In this document: in pieces, positions 53,968 to 63,832 of the stretch
How the letters are laid out: the number at the start of each line of letters is the position of its first letter
Position numbering within the stretch: position 1 is the stretch's first letter
Assembly (NCBI GenBank): GCA_035524095.1
Contig: DATKPK010000189.1
Location: 2,334 to 66,333, forward strand
DNA: 64,000 nucleotides
Origin: Candidatus Binataceae bacterium
GTDB lineage: Bacteria > Desulfobacterota > Binatia > Binatales > Binataceae
Direction: 5' to 3'
Notes under the pieces: generated by a model
Seen by the model: the letters and a program-made list of their open reading frames with translations, nothing else
Database searches by the model: none
Told to the model about the DNA's origin: nothing
Translations under genes and position numbers: made by a program

Positions 53968-55017
53968 CTACGGATCCGAGACCGGAGGGTCGCTGCTGCG
54001 CTCAAGATTCTTCCATGGCTGCGACTTTGCCTGTGAAATCAGTGGCTCGGCATCGGGCGATGCGGGGCGAACGGTGATCTCGCCCACCATGTTATCTAAT
54101 TCATGCGAGGCACAGAAATAGCGGTAGCGGCCTGGAACCGTGAAAGTATGCCGGTAAGTTCCGCCAGGCATGATACCGCCGGAACTGAAGGAATCAACAC
54201 CGCTGGGTATCAAAGAGTCGTCTGGTCTCGCTGCGCGCTTGGCGTCGTCGACGACGGAATGGCTGACTTGCCCGTTGTTGTGCCACTCGACCGTCTGACC
54301 AGCGGTAATCACAATACTGTCGGGCTGGTACATCGGCATATCATCGTTCATTTGGATGACTTTGACCGATCCTGAAGCCGGTTGAGTTATCGCGTTAGGT
54401 GGTTTGAGGAGGGTCTGCACTGAGATTGCCGCGATCTGGGCCTGTGTGGCGCTATCAGGTTCAGGAGTCCTCGGTGGTTGAGGCTTTGCTTCGGCAATCA
54501 GCGATCCGCCTGGCCCCGCGGGCAGCACGATAACCTGCCCGACCATGCCGTCCAATTCGTGAGACATGCAGAAATAGCGATAGCGGCCCGGAACAGTAAA
54601 AGTATGTTTAAAGCTAGCGCCGGGCATCACATTCCCTGAATTGAAGGTCGGGACGCCAGCGGGAATGAGCGCATCGCCCGGATTCGCCGCACGCTTGGCA
54701 TCATCGACGACGGAATGGCTGACTTGGCCGTTGTTGTGCCACTCGACCGTCTGACCAGCCGTGATCACAATACTACTCGGCTGATATTCGGGATCTTCGT
54801 CGTTCATTTGGACGATTTTTGCCGGCTCGGCATCCGGCGATGACATCGAGCCGGGAGAGGCTATAGATGCCTGCCGCCCTTCAGCCGTGGCTTGCGCGGA
54901 TGCCGTCTTGGCCAGCGGCAACAGGATCAGCAGAGCCGGGATGGCGCAGATAAGATGCGCTGCCCATCTCGTCGAAACCCCGGGTCCCCGTGCGGAGTTG
55001 ATCGCGAGCGTGAACAC
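53968..55017 (-). CDS. secreted two-domain cupredoxin (tandem plastocyanin/amicyanin-like type-1 copper domains)
   Basis: Signal peptide. Two ~100-aa copies each contain VEWHNNGQVSHSV and C-x2-H-x4-M (YFCMSHELDGM; YFCASHELDNM). GTG start. Confidence 0.8.
   Translation of the reverse strand: MFTLAINSARGPGVSTRWAAHLICAIPALLILLPLAKTASAQATAEGRQASIASPGSMSSPDAEPAKIVQMNDEDPEYQPSSIVITAGQTVEWHNNGQVSHSVVDDAKRAANPGDALIPAGVPTFNSGNVMPGASFKHTFTVPGRYRYFCMSHELDGMVGQVIVLPAGPGGSLIAEAKPQPPRTPEPDSATQAQIAAISVQTLLKPPNAITQPASGSVKVIQMNDDMPMYQPDSIVITAGQTVEWHNNGQVSHSVVDDAKRAARPDDSLIPSGVDSFSSGGIMPGGTYRHTFTVPGRYRYFCASHELDNMVGEITVRPASPDAEPLISQAKSQPWKNLERSSDPPVSDP
54064..54828. repeat. intragenic tandem duplication, period 456 bp (two cupredoxin domains)
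   Basis: For example, 54248-54319 versus 54704-54775 differ at about 3 of 72 nt by eye (TCGACGACGGAATGGCTGACTTG...CACAATACT). The flanks are less conserved. Confidence 0.8.
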
Positions 55018-55109
55018 TTCTGTCCCTAATATGCAAAATAAGCGCCTTCACCGCAATCGCTAAACCAGGCAGGTTTAACATCGGTAGTGATACGTTGAGA
55101 GCGGCGTAA

Positions 55110-55138
55110 GCGAAACGGCTCGCGAAAGGCCGTTTCGC
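55110..55138 (-). terminator. hairpin downstream of gatB (possible terminator)
   Basis: Perfect 10-bp stem GCGAAACGGC / GCCGTTTCGC with a 9-nt loop, 24 nt after the gatB stop. No clear U-tract. Confidence 0.45.
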
Positions 55139-55161
55139 GCCAGACTAGTGTTCGAAGGCGG

Positions 55162-56604
55162 TCAGCCGGCCAGCTTCGCGCGCAGGATTTCGTTAACCAG
55201 CTTGGGGTTGCCTTTACCGCCCATCGCCTTCATCACTTGACCGACGAAGAAGCCAAAGAGCTTGTCGCGGCCGCCACGGTATTCGGCGACTTTAGCTGAT
55301 TCCGAGGCGAGCACTTTATCGATAGTGGCGCCGATCGCGGCTTCGTCTGAGACCTGCGCGAGGCCGAGTTCGGCGATAGTGGCGGCGGCGCCTTTGCCCG
55401 ATTTATGCATTGCGCCGAAAGCGGTCTTGGCGGCGTTAAGGCTAATGGCAGCGGTTTCGACAGACTTCAGTAGGGTGCCGGTTTCCTCAGGGGATACGGT
55501 GAATTCGGTAATCGGTTTGCCGCTTTCGTTGACCAGGCGCAGCACCTCAGTCATTACCCAGTTAGCGGCAGCTCTGCGGTTGCTTAGTCCGGCTGCGAGC
55601 GTTCGCTCGAAATAAACAGCTAAATCTTTGTCCTCAGTCAGGACGTGAGCCTCATACTCATTCAGCCCGAAGTCGCGGAGATAATGTGTGCGCTTGGTAC
55701 TCGCCAATTCAGGCATTGAGGCTTTGATCGCTTCGATCAGGTCGGGCGGAATGCGAAGCGGCGGAAGATCAGGCTCCGGGAAATAGCGATAGTCGTTAGC
55801 GAATTCCTTGGAACGCATCGGCCGCGTGATTTCTTTCACCGGGTCCCACAAATGAGTCTCTTGCGGCACACGCCCACCCGATTCAATTACGTCGATCTGG
55901 CGTTTGACCTCGTAGTCAATTGCCTTTTCGACGAAACGAAAGGAATTGAGATTTTTGATTTCAGTCTTGGTGCCGTATGTCGTTGAGCCTTTCGGCCGAA
56001 CCGAGACGTTAACGTCGCAGCGCAAGCCACCCTCGGCCATCTTGGCGTCCGAGGCTTCGACATAACGAAGTGTCGAATGGAGTTCGCGCAGGTAGGCAAC
56101 GGCTTCTTCGGCCGAGCGGATGTCAGGTTCGCTGACAATCTCGACGAGCGGCACGCCGGAGCGATTGAAGTCGACGAGGCTAGCACCCTCGACATGGATA
56201 TTCTTGCCGGCGTCTTCTTCCATATGGATGCGCACCAGCCGGACACGCCGAGGCGAGCCATCTTCGCCCGGCGGTAGATCGATATAGCCACCTTTACACA
56301 GTGGCAATTCGTATTGACTAATCTGGTATGCCTTCGGCAGATCGGGATAGAAGTAACTCTTGCGATCGAAAATAGAATAAGGTGCGATTTCGCAATGCGC
56401 CGCTATACCCATCCGAATAGCCAATTCCACTGCGTGACGATTGAGGACGGGTAGCACACCCGGCATCGCCATACAGACCGGGCACACATTTTCATTGGGT
56501 CCCGCACCAAAAGCTGTGGAGCATCCACAGAAGAGCTTCGACTTGGTGAGCAGATGAGTATGGACTTCGAGTCCGATTACCGCTTCGTATGATTCAGCAG
56601 ACAT
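55162..56604 (-). CDS. gatB: Asp-tRNA(Asn)/Glu-tRNA(Gln) amidotransferase subunit B
   Basis: YEAVIGLEVHTHLLTKSKLFCGC N-terminus and C-terminal YqeY-like tail GKGNPKLVNEIL. Confidence 0.95.
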   Translation of the reverse strand: MSAESYEAVIGLEVHTHLLTKSKLFCGCSTAFGAGPNENVCPVCMAMPGVLPVLNRHAVELAIRMGIAAHCEIAPYSIFDRKSYFYPDLPKAYQISQYELPLCKGGYIDLPPGEDGSPRRVRLVRIHMEEDAGKNIHVEGASLVDFNRSGVPLVEIVSEPDIRSAEEAVAYLRELHSTLRYVEASDAKMAEGGLRCDVNVSVRPKGSTTYGTKTEIKNLNSFRFVEKAIDYEVKRQIDVIESGGRVPQETHLWDPVKEITRPMRSKEFANDYRYFPEPDLPPLRIPPDLIEAIKASMPELASTKRTHYLRDFGLNEYEAHVLTEDKDLAVYFERTLAAGLSNRRAAANWVMTEVLRLVNESGKPITEFTVSPEETGTLLKSVETAAISLNAAKTAFGAMHKSGKGAAATIAELGLAQVSDEAAIGATIDKVLASESAKVAEYRGGRDKLFGFFVGQVMKAMGGKGNPKLVNEILRAKLAG

Positions 56605-56617
56605 TGCCGCTTAACTC

Positions 56618-58078
56618 CTAGAGAATCGCCGCTTGGCGGGCGACTGCACCGGTTCGCTCGTAAGCATCGCCGGCCCGCAGGATAGCCTCTTCGTCGAAGG
56701 GCTGGCCGATTAACTGCAAGCCGATTGGCATACCCTTGGCGTCGCGGCCGCAGGGGATCGACATTCCTGGCAGACCTGCGAGATTAACTGAGATAGTCAG
56801 TATATCAGAAAGATACATCTGCAGCGGGTCGGAGAGCTTTTCCCCGAGTTTGAATGCGGTGGTTGGCGCGACTGGTGTGGCGATGATATCGCAGCTTTCA
56901 AAGGCTCGTTCGAAATCGCGCCGAATCAAGGTGCGTACTTTTTGGGCCTTCAAATAGTAAGCGTCGTAGTAGCCAGCTGAAAGTGCAAAAGTGCCGAGCA
57001 TGATCCGCCGTTTGACTTCGGCGCCGAAACCGCGATCGCGCGTGCGATTATACAAATCAAGGGTGTTGTCGCTATCGACGCGCAGGCCGTAGCGCATCCC
57101 GTCGAAGCGTGCGAGATTGGCGCTAGCCTCGGCGGTGGCGATTAAGTAGTAAGCCGCAACGGCATAACTGGTATGCGGGAGCGAAACTTCGACCGTATGC
57201 GCACCAAGCGCTTTATAAGATTCGAGGGCGGCGCGGACGGCACGTTCGATATCCGGTTCCATCCCTTCGACGAAGAATTCCTTCGGCACGCCGATGCGCA
57301 GACCTTCGACGTCGCCGGTCAGCGCAGCTTCGTAATTCGGCACAGGCTTAGCGGAACAGGTGGAATCGCGCGGATCCAGTCCTGCGAGATCCTGCAAAAG
57401 AATCGCGGTATCGCGGACGGTTTTGCTGAACGGTCCCACTTGATCGAGCGAAGAGGCGTAGGCGATGATGCCATAGCGGCTGATGCGGCTATAGGTCGGC
57501 TTGAGACCAACGACGCCACAATAGGACGCGGGCAGGCGAATTGAACCGCCGGTATCGGTACCGAGCGCGGCCAGGCATTCGTCGGCGGCAACGGCCGCTG
57601 CAGACCCGCCGGAAGACCCGCCGGGCACGCGCTCGACATCGTGAGGGTTATGGGTTGGGCCGTAGGCCGAGTTTTCAGTCGAAGATCCCATCGCGAACTC
57701 GTCCATGTTGGCCTTGCCGACGAACACGGCGCCGTTGGCGCGGAGCCGAGCGATAGTGGTCGCATCGAAAGGCGGAACGAAGTTGTCGAGGATGCGGGAG
57801 GCGCAGGTCGTGCGCACGTCTCTTGTCAGGTAGACATCCTTGACGGCGATCGGTATGCCGCACAATGACGGCGCGTCACCGGACGCCAGGCGCCGATCGG
57901 CCGTGGCCGCCTGCTCGTTCGCTTCACGATTACAAACCGTAATGAAGGCGTTGATTTTGGGATCGACCAAAGCGATCCGTTCGAGACAAGCGCGCGTTAG
58001 TTCTAGCGCGGAGATCTCGCGCCGACGCAACAGGTCGCGAGCCTCAGCGACAGTAAGCCGGTTCAATTCAGAGGTCAT
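56618..58078 (-). CDS. gatA: Asp-tRNA(Asn)/Glu-tRNA(Gln) amidotransferase subunit A
   Basis: Amidase signature [12 protein letters not shown]...[13 protein letters not shown]. 486 aa, directly upstream of gatB. Confidence 0.95.
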   Translation of the reverse strand: MTSELNRLTVAEARDLLRRREISALELTRACLERIALVDPKINAFITVCNREANEQAATADRRLASGDAPSLCGIPIAVKDVYLTRDVRTTCASRILDNFVPPFDATTIARLRANGAVFVGKANMDEFAMGSSTENSAYGPTHNPHDVERVPGGSSGGSAAAVAADECLAALGTDTGGSIRLPASYCGVVGLKPTYSRISRYGIIAYASSLDQVGPFSKTVRDTAILLQDLAGLDPRDSTCSAKPVPNYEAALTGDVEGLRIGVPKEFFVEGMEPDIERAVRAALESYKALGAHTVEVSLPHTSYAVAAYYLIATAEASANLARFDGMRYGLRVDSDNTLDLYNRTRDRGFGAEVKRRIMLGTFALSAGYYDAYYLKAQKVRTLIRRDFERAFESCDIIATPVAPTTAFKLGEKLSDPLQMYLSDILTISVNLAGLPGMSIPCGRDAKGMPIGLQLIGQPFDEEAILRAGDAYERTGAVARQAAIL

Positions 58079-58172
58079 TTGGATCCAGTCGTGACAGGTA
58101 GTTTTCGGTATTCAGATCGGGAAGCCAAACGAACGGCTTATGTCGTTCAATATGAAAGCTCCATGTGCCATT

Positions 58173-58469
58173 TCATTCGATAATGCGCGGGACCTTGAAG
58201 AAATTGTTGACCCTTGCTGGCGCGTTACGCAGCATTTCCTCGGGGGCTGGACGATTCGTCACTTCATCGTTGCGCATCGGAGTGCCAGCCTCGCCGACCT
58301 GTGTGGTGGGTTCGACATTGGCGGTGTCCAGTTCGTTCAGCTTATCGACATACGCCAATATCTCGCTCATGTTCGTTTGGAGGCTGGTTTCCTCCTCGGG
58401 CGACAATTCGACCCGCGCAAGTCGGGCGACATGACGCACCTGTTCGATGGTTATTCTTGGTTCGGCCAT
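58173..58469 (-). CDS. gatC: Asp-tRNA(Asn)/Glu-tRNA(Gln) amidotransferase subunit C
   Basis: 98 aa. ITIEQVRHVARLARVELSPEE pattern. Upstream of gatA on the same strand. Confidence 0.9.
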   Translation of the reverse strand: MAEPRITIEQVRHVARLARVELSPEEETSLQTNMSEILAYVDKLNELDTANVEPTTQVGEAGTPMRNDEVTNRPAPEEMLRNAPARVNNFFKVPRIIE

Positions 58470-58624
58470 AGGCTTAAATTAGCAATCTCGCTGCCGCATG
58501 AACCATGAAAGCGTAACATTTACAAACCTCGATGTCAGGTTGTCGCTATCAATGACGGGCGACGCGGTCGTAAGTTATGCGGCGTTGGCTTGCCGTGACT
58601 GATAGCGCTGCCTAACCTAGCGTT

Positions 58625-59068
58625 GTGAACGACGGGATAGCGATCCAAGACCGCCTGCGCGGATGGCGGGCCAACCTGCTGGATCGGGCTGATCGCTGGC
58701 TGGAGCGACTGACATGGCGGGGCGAGCGATCGGCTGGGCAGCGGGGCGAAGACAGCGCGGCGCGTCACCTCATGATGCATGGATACCGCATCGTTCAGCG
58801 CAATTTCCGGGCGCCACGCGGCGAGATTGATCTAATCGCGAAGGATGGGACGACCCTTGTGTTTATCGAGGTCAAGGCGCGCGCCAGCGATTCGAAGGGT
58901 ACTCCGGCGGCGGCCGTCGACGAACGCAAACAGGAGCGGATTCGCCGCGCAGCCGAATTTTACTGCGCACGGCATCGCCTACAAGACCGCCGCGTGCGTT
59001 TCGATGTTGTAGCAATTAGCGGGATTGGCAAGTTGCGTAAGATCGAACTAATCAAGGATGCTTTTTGA
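58625..59068 (+). CDS. yraN: YraN family (UPF0102) endonuclease-like protein
   Basis: GEDSAARHLMMHGYRIVQRNFRAPRGEIDLIAKDGTTLVFIEVKAR core. GTG start is uncertain and may lie further downstream. Confidence 0.8.
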   Translation: MNDGIAIQDRLRGWRANLLDRADRWLERLTWRGERSAGQRGEDSAARHLMMHGYRIVQRNFRAPRGEIDLIAKDGTTLVFIEVKARASDSKGTPAAAVDERKQERIRRAAEFYCARHRLQDRRVRFDVVAISGIGKLRKIELIKDAF

Positions 59069-60346
59069 ATGCTGGATATCAAATTGATGCGCGAGCAGTC
59101 CGCGTTCGTGAAGACGGAACTGGCCAAGGCTGGCGTCGACGAGGCTGAGGTGGATCGCGTGCTGGCATCCGACGCGGAGCGCCGTCGGCTGCAATTCGAG
59201 TTGGACGAACTGCGTGCTCGCCGTACTCGCGAATCGAAGGAACTCGGCAAAATGGCGCCCGACGTGCGTGAGGTGAAGCGGGCCGAGATGCGGGAGTTGG
59301 GGGATCGCATCAGCGCGGGCGAACAGAAGCTCGGCGAGGTCGAGCGCACTTTCACCGATCTGATGATGAGCCTGCGCAACCTGCCGCGTCCGTACGTGCC
59401 GGTCGGACAAAGCGAAGCGGACAATAGAGTCGTCCGCAGCGAAGGCGAGCCTCGCCAATTCGACTTCAAGCCGCAACCTCATTGGGAGATCGGCGAGCGG
59501 CTCGGAATTATCGATTTCGAGCGCGGCGTGAAGCTGGCGGGGACTCGCTTTTACGTCCTGAAGGGCTTGGGGGCGCGGCTGGAACGAGCGCTGATCGCTT
59601 TTATGCTTGATCTGAAGACGCAGGAGCAGGGTTACCTCGAGGTGGCACCGCCGCTGATGGTCAACACGGCGACGGCGACTAGCACAGGCCATTTGCCGAA
59701 AAACGCAGACACGATGTACAGGGATATCGAGGAGGATTACTGGTTTATCCCGACCGCCGAATTGCCGCTTACCAGCCTCTACCGCGACGAAATCCTCGAC
59801 AATGCTACCTTGCCGCAATATTTGACGGCATATACGCCTTGTTTTCGCCGTGAGAAGATGTCGGCCGGCCGCGACGTTCGCGGGATTAAGCGCGGGCATC
59901 AGTTCGACAAGGTTGAGATGGTCAAGCTGGTTCGGCCGGAGTCCTCAGATGGGGAACTCGATAAACTGGTCAAGGATGCGTGCGAGATCTGCCGGCGTCT
60001 GGAGATCCCTTTTCGAGTATTGCAGCTATGTACGGGTGATTTGAGCTTCGCCAGTGCGGCGACCTACGATATCGAGATGTGGGCACCGGGACTCGGCGAA
60101 TGGCTCGAAGTCAGCTCGTGTTCGAACTGCACTGACTTTCAGATGCGCCGAGCCAATATCCGCTATCGGCCTGAAAAAGGCGGCAAGACCGAGTTCTTAC
60201 ATGCGTTGAACGGTTCAGGCCTCGGATTACCGCGGACCCTGATTGCGGTGCTCGAAAATTATCAACAGGCTGACGGGAGCGTGGTTATTCCCCGGGTCTT
60301 GCGGCCCTATATGGCTGGCGCCGAGATAATTCGAGAGTCCCGATAA
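59069..60346 (+). CDS. serS: serine--tRNA ligase
   Basis: MLDIKLMRE start, coiled-coil arm, class II motifs (FRREKMSAGRDVRGIKRGHQFDKVE, GSGLGLPRTLIAVLENYQ). Confidence 0.95.
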   Translation: MLDIKLMREQSAFVKTELAKAGVDEAEVDRVLASDAERRRLQFELDELRARRTRESKELGKMAPDVREVKRAEMRELGDRISAGEQKLGEVERTFTDLMMSLRNLPRPYVPVGQSEADNRVVRSEGEPRQFDFKPQPHWEIGERLGIIDFERGVKLAGTRFYVLKGLGARLERALIAFMLDLKTQEQGYLEVAPPLMVNTATATSTGHLPKNADTMYRDIEEDYWFIPTAELPLTSLYRDEILDNATLPQYLTAYTPCFRREKMSAGRDVRGIKRGHQFDKVEMVKLVRPESSDGELDKLVKDACEICRRLEIPFRVLQLCTGDLSFASAATYDIEMWAPGLGEWLEVSSCSNCTDFQMRRANIRYRPEKGGKTEFLHALNGSGLGLPRTLIAVLENYQQADGSVVIPRVLRPYMAGAEIIRESR

Positions 60347-60403
60347 AGCTTGCTTGGTCAAGCGTTCAATTAAAGCGACTGCTTCACCTTCTCTTCTCCT
60401 TCA

Positions 60404-60436
60404 TGTAACGAGACTGTAACAAACATGGGGTATGGT
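60404..60436 (+). promoter_or_regulatory. Pho-box-like direct repeat plus candidate -10 upstream of pstC
   Basis: TGTAAC at 60404-60409 and 60415-60420, an 11-bp period. ATGTAACGAGACTGTAAC matches 11 of 18 positions of the E. coli consensus CTGTCATAAATCTGTCAC. TATGGT follows 10 nt downstream, the spacing I recall for E. coli pstS. Confidence 0.5.
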
Positions 60437-60495
60437 TCACACGAGTGGTTGTGAGGCGGGTATTTCCCTGTTCGAGACGGTAAAGAGCATCTCAC

Positions 60496-61494
60496 TTGAG
60501 TCAATTATCTGAAACAGTAGCTGAGGGAATCCATCCCCGGACGAAATCCCGAACGATCCGGACACGCGAATTTGGACCGACTGGCGCGGGCGACAAGGTT
60601 TTCAACCTCACGACCCTGATGCTGGCAATTCTGATTCTCGCGATTCTGATTGGAATCACGATTCAGTTGATCATCGGCGCGATGCCATCGATCAAGGCGT
60701 TCGGATTCGGTTTTCTGGTGAGCACTGATTGGGATCCCTCGAACGATGTTTACGGTGCCCTGCCGTTCATTTATGGAACGGTGGTGTCATCGGCGCTGGC
60801 GCTTCTGATCGCAGTGCCGCTCAGCCTTGGCGTCGCACTGTGCCTCAGCGAGATGGCTCCCGACTGGCTCAGCCATAAGCTTGGATTCCTGGTCGAGTTG
60901 CTGGCGGCGATTCCGAGCGTGGTCTACGGCTTGTGGGGCATCTTTGTCGCCGGGCCCTGGTTGCGCGATCACGTCGACCCGCCGCTAGCAAAATACTTCG
61001 GCTTTCTGCCCTTATTTCAAGGACCGCATATCTCGGTCAGCATGCTGACCGCGTCGGTCGTACTGGCAATCATGGTATTGCCGTACATCTCGGCCGTCTG
61101 CACCGACGTCTTTCGTGTAGTGCCGCAGACGCAGCGTGAAGCAGCTTACGCCTTGGGCGCCACCAAGTGGGAGATGGTTAGGATGGCGGTGCTGCCCTTT
61201 GGCGTGTCCGGGGTGATTGGCGCGATTATCTTGGGACTGGCGCGGGCGCTCGGCGAAACGATCGCGGTCGCGATGGTAATCGGGAACCGGGCCGAAATCT
61301 CGGCGTCGCTGTTCATGCCGTCGTCGACGCTGGCGAGCGTGATCGCCAACGAGTTTGTTGAGGCTACGTCGGACCTGAATCTGGCCTCTCTGGTGGAGCT
61401 GGGCCTGGTGCTGCTGGTGCTGGGGCTAATTCTCAACATCGGCGCCCGGATGTTGGTAATTCGGGCGACACAGGGCCGTTACGAGAGGGCATAG
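60496..61494 (+). CDS. pstC: phosphate ABC transporter permease PstC
   Basis: Polytopic permease with EAA loop REAAYALGATKWEMV. TTG start (uncertain). Gene order is pstC-pstA-pstB-phoU. Confidence 0.9.
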   Translation: MSQLSETVAEGIHPRTKSRTIRTREFGPTGAGDKVFNLTTLMLAILILAILIGITIQLIIGAMPSIKAFGFGFLVSTDWDPSNDVYGALPFIYGTVVSSALALLIAVPLSLGVALCLSEMAPDWLSHKLGFLVELLAAIPSVVYGLWGIFVAGPWLRDHVDPPLAKYFGFLPLFQGPHISVSMLTASVVLAIMVLPYISAVCTDVFRVVPQTQREAAYALGATKWEMVRMAVLPFGVSGVIGAIILGLARALGETIAVAMVIGNRAEISASLFMPSSTLASVIANEFVEATSDLNLASLVELGLVLLVLGLILNIGARMLVIRATQGRYERA

Positions 61495-61496
61495 CG

Positions 61497-62363
61497 ATGG
61501 CTCGAACTAACGTATCGTTGCGCCGTGATCGTTACCGCCAGCTGAAGAGCAAGTTCATGGTCGGCCTCACGATTGGCGCTACCGTATTGGCCTTGATCCC
61601 ATTATTCCTCGTGCTCGGCTATCTACTCAGCAAAGGATTCACCAGCCTTAATTGGGATTTCTTTACCAAGATGCCGGCGCCAGTAGGTCAGAGCGGCGGC
61701 GGTATGGCCAATGCGATTCTCGGCACGTTTTGGCTGGTTGGAATCGCCGCCATGATGGGCGTTCCCGTAGGTGTCGCGTCTGGGATTTACATGGCCGAGA
61801 ATCGGGGCGGCTATCTTGCGACGGCCGTGCGTTTCGCCGCTGACGTTATGATGGGAATTCCAACAATCGTGGTCGGCATTTTCGTCTATGAGATCGTCGT
61901 CAGGCCATTCGGTGGATTCTCAACCCTGGCGGGGTCAATCGCGCTCGCGATTATCATGATTCCGCTGGTCGCGCGCACCAGCGAGGAGATGATCCTGCTG
62001 GTGCCACAAGAACTGCGCGAAGCGTCCCTGGCATTGGGCGTGCCGCGTTGGCGTACGACACTGATGGTCGTCACCCGCACGGCCATGAGCGGAATTGCAA
62101 CCGGAGTTATTCTGGCGGTCGCGCGGGTGGCAGGTGAAACCGCGCCGTTGTTGTTTACGGCGTTCGGCAATCGCTTCTGGTCGGCATCACTCTTTCGCCC
62201 GATCTCTTCGTTGACAGTGCAAGTCTATACTTACGCCATCTCACCGTTCGCGGACTGGCAGCGGCAGGCGTGGGCGGGAGCCCTGGTGCTCACGGCTATC
62301 GTACTGGCGCTGGAACTAGGCGTGCGATCGTTTACGCGCGGCAACGCGAGGGTGGCAAGATAG
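61497..62363 (+). CDS. pstA: phosphate ABC transporter permease PstA
   Basis: EAA loop [14 protein letters not shown]. 288 aa. Starts 2 nt after pstC. Confidence 0.9.
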   Translation: MARTNVSLRRDRYRQLKSKFMVGLTIGATVLALIPLFLVLGYLLSKGFTSLNWDFFTKMPAPVGQSGGGMANAILGTFWLVGIAAMMGVPVGVASGIYMAENRGGYLATAVRFAADVMMGIPTIVVGIFVYEIVVRPFGGFSTLAGSIALAIIMIPLVARTSEEMILLVPQELREASLALGVPRWRTTLMVVTRTAMSGIATGVILAVARVAGETAPLLFTAFGNRFWSASLFRPISSLTVQVYTYAISPFADWQRQAWAGALVLTAIVLALELGVRSFTRGNARVAR

Positions 62364-62364
62364 T

Positions 62365-63126
62365 ATGCCCGGCAAGCTTGAAGTTCATAACCTGCGCGCT
62401 TTCTTTAACAAAAACGAGGTGATCCACGACGTCAGTCTGAACTTTGATGAGAACCGGGTGACGGCAATGATTGGCCCCTCCGGTTGCGGTAAATCGACGC
62501 TGGTTCGTTGCATAAATCGGATGCACGAGGTGGTACCTGGAGCGACTTGCACGGGTCAGGTGTTACTAGATGGGAACAATATCTATGGGCCGGACATCGA
62601 TCCGGTGCAGGTGCGCCGGCGCATCGGAATGGTTTTTCAGAAACCAACGCCCTTTCCCACGATGTCGATAGAAGACAACGTTGCGGCTGGATTGAAACTG
62701 AACGGTATCTCGGTGTCGCGGGCTGATCGTGAGCGGCTGGTTGAAAAGAGTCTGCGGCAGGCGGCCTTATGGGACGAGGTTAAGGACCATCTAAAGCGGC
62801 CTGGTGCGGGACTTTCTGGCGGACAACAGCAACGGCTGTGCGTCGCGCGAGCGATTGCGGTCGAGCCGGAAATCCTCCTGATGGATGAGCCATGCTCGGC
62901 GCTCGACCCGATATCCACAGCTCGTATCGAAGAGCTGCTGCTTGAGCTGAAATCGGACTATACAATCGTGATAGTCACGCACAATATGCAACAAGCGGCG
63001 CGATGCTCAGATTATACCGCATTTATGTACACGGGTAATCTAATCGAGTTTGGCGAAACCAAACAGATTTTCACTACGCCCACCAAACGCGAGACAGAAG
63101 ATTACATCACAGGACGGTTCGGCTAG
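62365..63126 (+). CDS. pstB: phosphate ABC transporter ATP-binding protein PstB
   Basis: Walker [10 protein letters not shown], signature LSGGQQQRL, Walker B LLMDEP. PstB-typical length of 253 aa. Confidence 0.95.
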   Translation: MPGKLEVHNLRAFFNKNEVIHDVSLNFDENRVTAMIGPSGCGKSTLVRCINRMHEVVPGATCTGQVLLDGNNIYGPDIDPVQVRRRIGMVFQKPTPFPTMSIEDNVAAGLKLNGISVSRADRERLVEKSLRQAALWDEVKDHLKRPGAGLSGGQQQRLCVARAIAVEPEILLMDEPCSALDPISTARIEELLLELKSDYTIVIVTHNMQQAARCSDYTAFMYTGNLIEFGETKQIFTTPTKRETEDYITGRFG

Positions 63127-63142
63127 GCGCCCGGAGTAGTAA

Positions 63143-63832
63143 ATGGAAAACTCGCAGAACCAGCACACCAACCGTCAATACGAAGAGGACTTGCGCGGGC
63201 TGCGTGCAGGTCTTTTGAGGATGGGCGGACTGGTAGAACGGCAGATCGTCGAGGCCGTGGAGTCATTGGTCAATCGGAATACTGAGCAGGCGCGCGAGAC
63301 GATCCAGCGTGACGTCGAAGTGAACCGGCTGGATACCGAGATGGATCAACGCTGTATCAATCTGCTGGCGCTTCATCAGCCGACCGCCAGCGATCTGCGC
63401 TTCATCACGACCGGCCTGAAAATCACGACAGACTTGGAGCGGATCGGGGACAACGCAGTCAATATCTGCGAGCGCGCGATCGAACTGAACGGCGAGCCTC
63501 AGCTCAAGCCCTATATCGATATTCCACGGATGGCGGACATTGCCCAGACTATGGTCAAGGACGCTCTCGACGCGTTCATGCGCGACGACATCGAGCTGGC
63601 CGGTGAAGTGGTTGCACGTGATGACGAGGTCGATCAGCTTAACTACCAGACCTATCGCGAGCTACTGAGCTATATGGTGGAGGATCCGCAAACGATTCCG
63701 CGCGCCACCAAAATCCTGTTCATCTCGAAGTATCTGGAACGCATTGCCGATCATGCGACCAATATTGCGGAGATGGTGGTCTATATGGTGAAGGGGAGGT
63801 CGATCAAACATATGGATAAGAACAAGGCATGA
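63143..63832 (+). CDS. phoU: phosphate signalling complex protein PhoU
   Basis: Two PhoU repeats with the D-x-x-x-D pattern (DLERIGDNAVNI; YLERIADHATNI). 229 aa. Confidence 0.92.
   Translation: MENSQNQHTNRQYEEDLRGLRAGLLRMGGLVERQIVEAVESLVNRNTEQARETIQRDVEVNRLDTEMDQRCINLLALHQPTASDLRFITTGLKITTDLERIGDNAVNICERAIELNGEPQLKPYIDIPRMADIAQTMVKDALDAFMRDDIELAGEVVARDDEVDQLNYQTYRELLSYMVEDPQTIPRATKILFISKYLERIADHATNIAEMVVYMVKGRSIKHMDKNKA

Noticed and set aside
59048-59899. 283-aa minus-strand ORF
   Set aside because: It is antisense to serS, whose class II synthetase motifs are unambiguous.
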